Shown: positions 7,599-8,960 of the stretch, in pieces
Numbering within the stretch: the stretch's first letter is position 1
How the letters are laid out: the number at the start of each line of letters is the position of its first letter
Notes under the pieces: model-generated
The model's database searches: none
The model's input: the letters and a program-made list of their open reading frames with translations, nothing else
Told to the model about the DNA's origin: nothing
NCBI GenBank assembly: GCA_964510585.1
Contig: CAZECW010000111.1
Span: 1-8,960, forward strand
Origin: an uncultured archaeon
GTDB lineage: Archaea > Asgardarchaeota > Jordiarchaeia > Jordiarchaeales > Jordiarchaeaceae
Reading direction: 5' to 3'
DNA: 8,960 nucleotides
Position numbers and translations under genes: made by a program

Positions 7599-7633
7599 TT
7601 TGTTTCCCTTTTGATAACATATTAGATCAGCGC

Positions 7634-7641
7634 TATTTAAA
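7634..7641 (-). promoter_or_regulatory. Putative TATA box for the wHTH-NTase operon
   Basis: The minus strand reads TTTAAATA, ending 36 nt before ATG 7598, which implies a short leader. Confidence 0.45.
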
Positions 7642-7863
7642 AATAATTCACATGCTTCATGTAGACAAAGGAGGCACACGCCTCGTATCTGAAATGTGGA
7701 ATAAGAGAACTTTCTCAAAAACAAACATGAGATTCAGCTATTACCTATGTGGGGGGTTGGATGAGTATGAGCGAACAGGATACCCGCTGTTCTCCCTCTT
7801 TCGATGAGCTAAGGTGTATCCGCCACCTTTTTCGTTATTAGTTAACTGTGCATTACGTGGCCG

Positions 7864-7883
7864 AATCATTTTAAAAAATGATT
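7864..7883. repeat. Perfect palindrome, 9-bp arms with a 2-nt spacer
   Basis: AATCATTTT-AA-AAAATGATT in the intergenic region between divergent units. Confidence 0.6.
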
Positions 7884-8039
7884 TGAGATAAGATTGTTTC
7901 AATTAAATAGAAATTTAAAAAGTGTTATGGAATTTAGTGGACTATTAGAAAAAGGAACCTTTAGGGGAGTTTATATTAGATAAATATGATAAGCCATGAA
8001 GAGAAAAAATCACCAAAGAATTGAGGTTGGCGTTTCGAA

Positions 8040-8237
8040 ATGGGTGAAATCCTCATCAAAATAAAGATACCAAAGGAATTTGAAGAATTGAAAGAAAAAA
8101 TTGAGACTCTCATAAAAAGAGAAGCGGAAGAGGTTATAGAAAAGCTTGAAGTTCTCAAAAGAGCGAAGGGCTGTCTGAAAACTGGGAAATCCTGGCAGGA
8201 ACTTGAGGCTGAACTCTATGAAGATGCTTATCGATAG
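8040..8237 (+). CDS. Small archaeal VapB-type antitoxin (65 aa)
   Basis: N-terminal beta-strand MGEILIKIKIP, charged helices, and an acidic C-tail (KGCLKTGKSWQELEAELYED). It overlaps the ATG of a downstream PIN remnant by 14 nt. Confidence 0.7.
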   Translation: MGEILIKIKIPKEFEELKEKIETLIKREAEEVIEKLEVLKRAKGCLKTGKSWQELEAELYEDAYR

Positions 8238-8387
8238 GCACACATATTTATTGAGCATTTAAAAGGAACCCCTAAAGCCACCAGAACGATGTAGAACGTT
8301 CTTGGAGTCAAAGAATCATACACGAATGATGTTGCTTATCATAAAGCAGCGTAAATATTCATAAGAACAAATTCTTTTAAAAGTTAG
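8224..8387 (+). pseudogene. vapC: Truncated VapC (PIN) toxin pseudogene
   Basis: ATG 8224 reads MLID-R-H. After a 2-nt shift within CACAC (8239-8243) it continues IFIEHLKGTPKATRTM*NVLGVKESYTNDVAYHKAA*IFIRTNSFKS*. This matches the MLIDxNIFIEHLKG..Y-x-N-D-x-V start of archaeal VapCs. Stops at 8292, 8352 and 8385; no C-terminal half found. Confidence 0.7.
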
Positions 8388-8406
8388 GAGGAGATAAAGG
8401 ATTTAG

Positions 8407-8826
8407 ATAACTTTTGAGGATGGAAGCGAATTAGAACTTCCAGAATCGTGGATTGAATGTATAAAAATAAAACATAATTTAAGTCCTGAGGAGTACTGGA
8501 AGAAGGTCGCACCCCATATCCGCAGGCTTTGGAGCGAGGGCAAAGTACTAATAAAGTTCGGTGAGGAACCGATAAACCTAGCGTTCGGCGACCAAATTTT
8601 TGAGAACGAAGAGTACTATAAGCCGACAATGGCGTGGCATACTGAAAGTTGCATCTACACCGATTTAAGAACCTGCATCATGGCAAAAGCAATAGCATCA
8701 CTAGGCGGAAAAGCGAAGGTGATAGGAATAAGCAAAGATAAGGTGACCGTCTACTCTGGAAGCGAGAAAAAAGAATATGACAATATAGAAGACGCGATGG
8801 AAAACGAAGAGAACAGTAGAAAATAA
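8407..8826 (+). CDS. Hypothetical protein, 139-codon open frame without a canonical start (5'-damaged gene or non-canonical start)
   Basis: The frame is open from TAG 8404-8406 to TAA 8824-8826: ITFEDGSELELPESWIECIKIKHNLSPEEYWKKVAPHIRRLWSEGKVLIKFGEEPINLAFGDQIFENEEYYKPT, then the 65-aa track ORF starting MAWHTESC. The 74 extra codons look protein-like. Confidence 0.6.
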   Translation: MTFEDGSELELPESWIECIKIKHNLSPEEYWKKVAPHIRRLWSEGKVLIKFGEEPINLAFGDQIFENEEYYKPTMAWHTESCIYTDLRTCIMAKAIASLGGKAKVIGISKDKVTVYSGSEKKEYDNIEDAMENEENSRK

Positions 8827-8839
8827 AAAGAAAAAAGGG
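8820..8839 (-). terminator. Oligo-U archaeal terminator candidate for the minus-strand membrane protein gene
   Basis: The minus strand reads CCCTTTTTTCTTTTTATTTT, starting ~17 nt after the TAA at 8856-8858. Confidence 0.45.
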
Positions 8840-8855
8840 TAGAGGGAATGGTCAT

Positions 8856-8960
8856 TTATTTTTGTTTGCGGCGTGTGGCAACGATGACTCCCACTACCGC
8901 AGCCACTATCAAGAGGACAGCAACACCAACGAGAAGCATTCTGCTCATCTGCTGTTGCTG
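8856..8960 (-). CDS. C-terminal fragment of a membrane-anchored protein (continues beyond the window)
   Basis: The minus strand reads QQQQMSRMLLVGVAVLLIVAAVVGVIVATRRKQK*: a ~21-aa hydrophobic helix plus a basic tail, typical of archaeal surface-protein anchors. Not in the ORF track. Confidence 0.75.
   Translation of the reverse strand, partial: QQQQMSRMLLVGVAVLLIVAAVVGVIVATRRKQK

Noticed and set aside
7599-7724. 42-aa N-terminal extension of the wHTH ORF
   Set aside because: Cys-rich, non-protein-like sequence that contains the probable TATA box; ATG 7598 is preferred.
7976-8629. ORFs 7976..8158(-), 8010..8258(-), 8384..8629(-)
   Set aside because: Antisense shadows of the antitoxin and the 139-codon frame; F/S-rich as expected from A-rich sense codons.

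Overview
AT-rich archaeal DNA, judged from GGTGA/GAGGTG ribosome-binding sites, TATA-box promoters, archaeal-style VapB/VapC sequences and oligo-T terminators; the lineage cannot be fixed from this window. It looks like an accessory region. The left 5.6 kb holds two large, co-oriented all-alpha proteins: a 642-aa protein with a probable N-terminal winged-helix domain followed by helical repeats, and a ~1000-aa TPR-like solenoid with no visible catalytic domain. The right 3.3 kb holds three toxin-antitoxin-like modules: a decayed vapBC, an intact wHTH + DUF6036/AbiEii-like nucleotidyltransferase pair on the minus strand, and an intact antitoxin followed by a disrupted vapC. After these come a 139-codon frame that the ORF track truncates and the membrane-anchored C-terminus of a convergent gene. 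There is no transposase, integrase, cas gene, reverse transcriptase, tRNA or rRNA. The most unusual signals are a strong gene-scale sawtooth in strand composition (G/T-rich 5' ends, A/C-rich 3' ends, also at synonymous sites) and an exact 30-bp duplication of the ORF1 3' end around a 36-bp hairpin-forming spacer.
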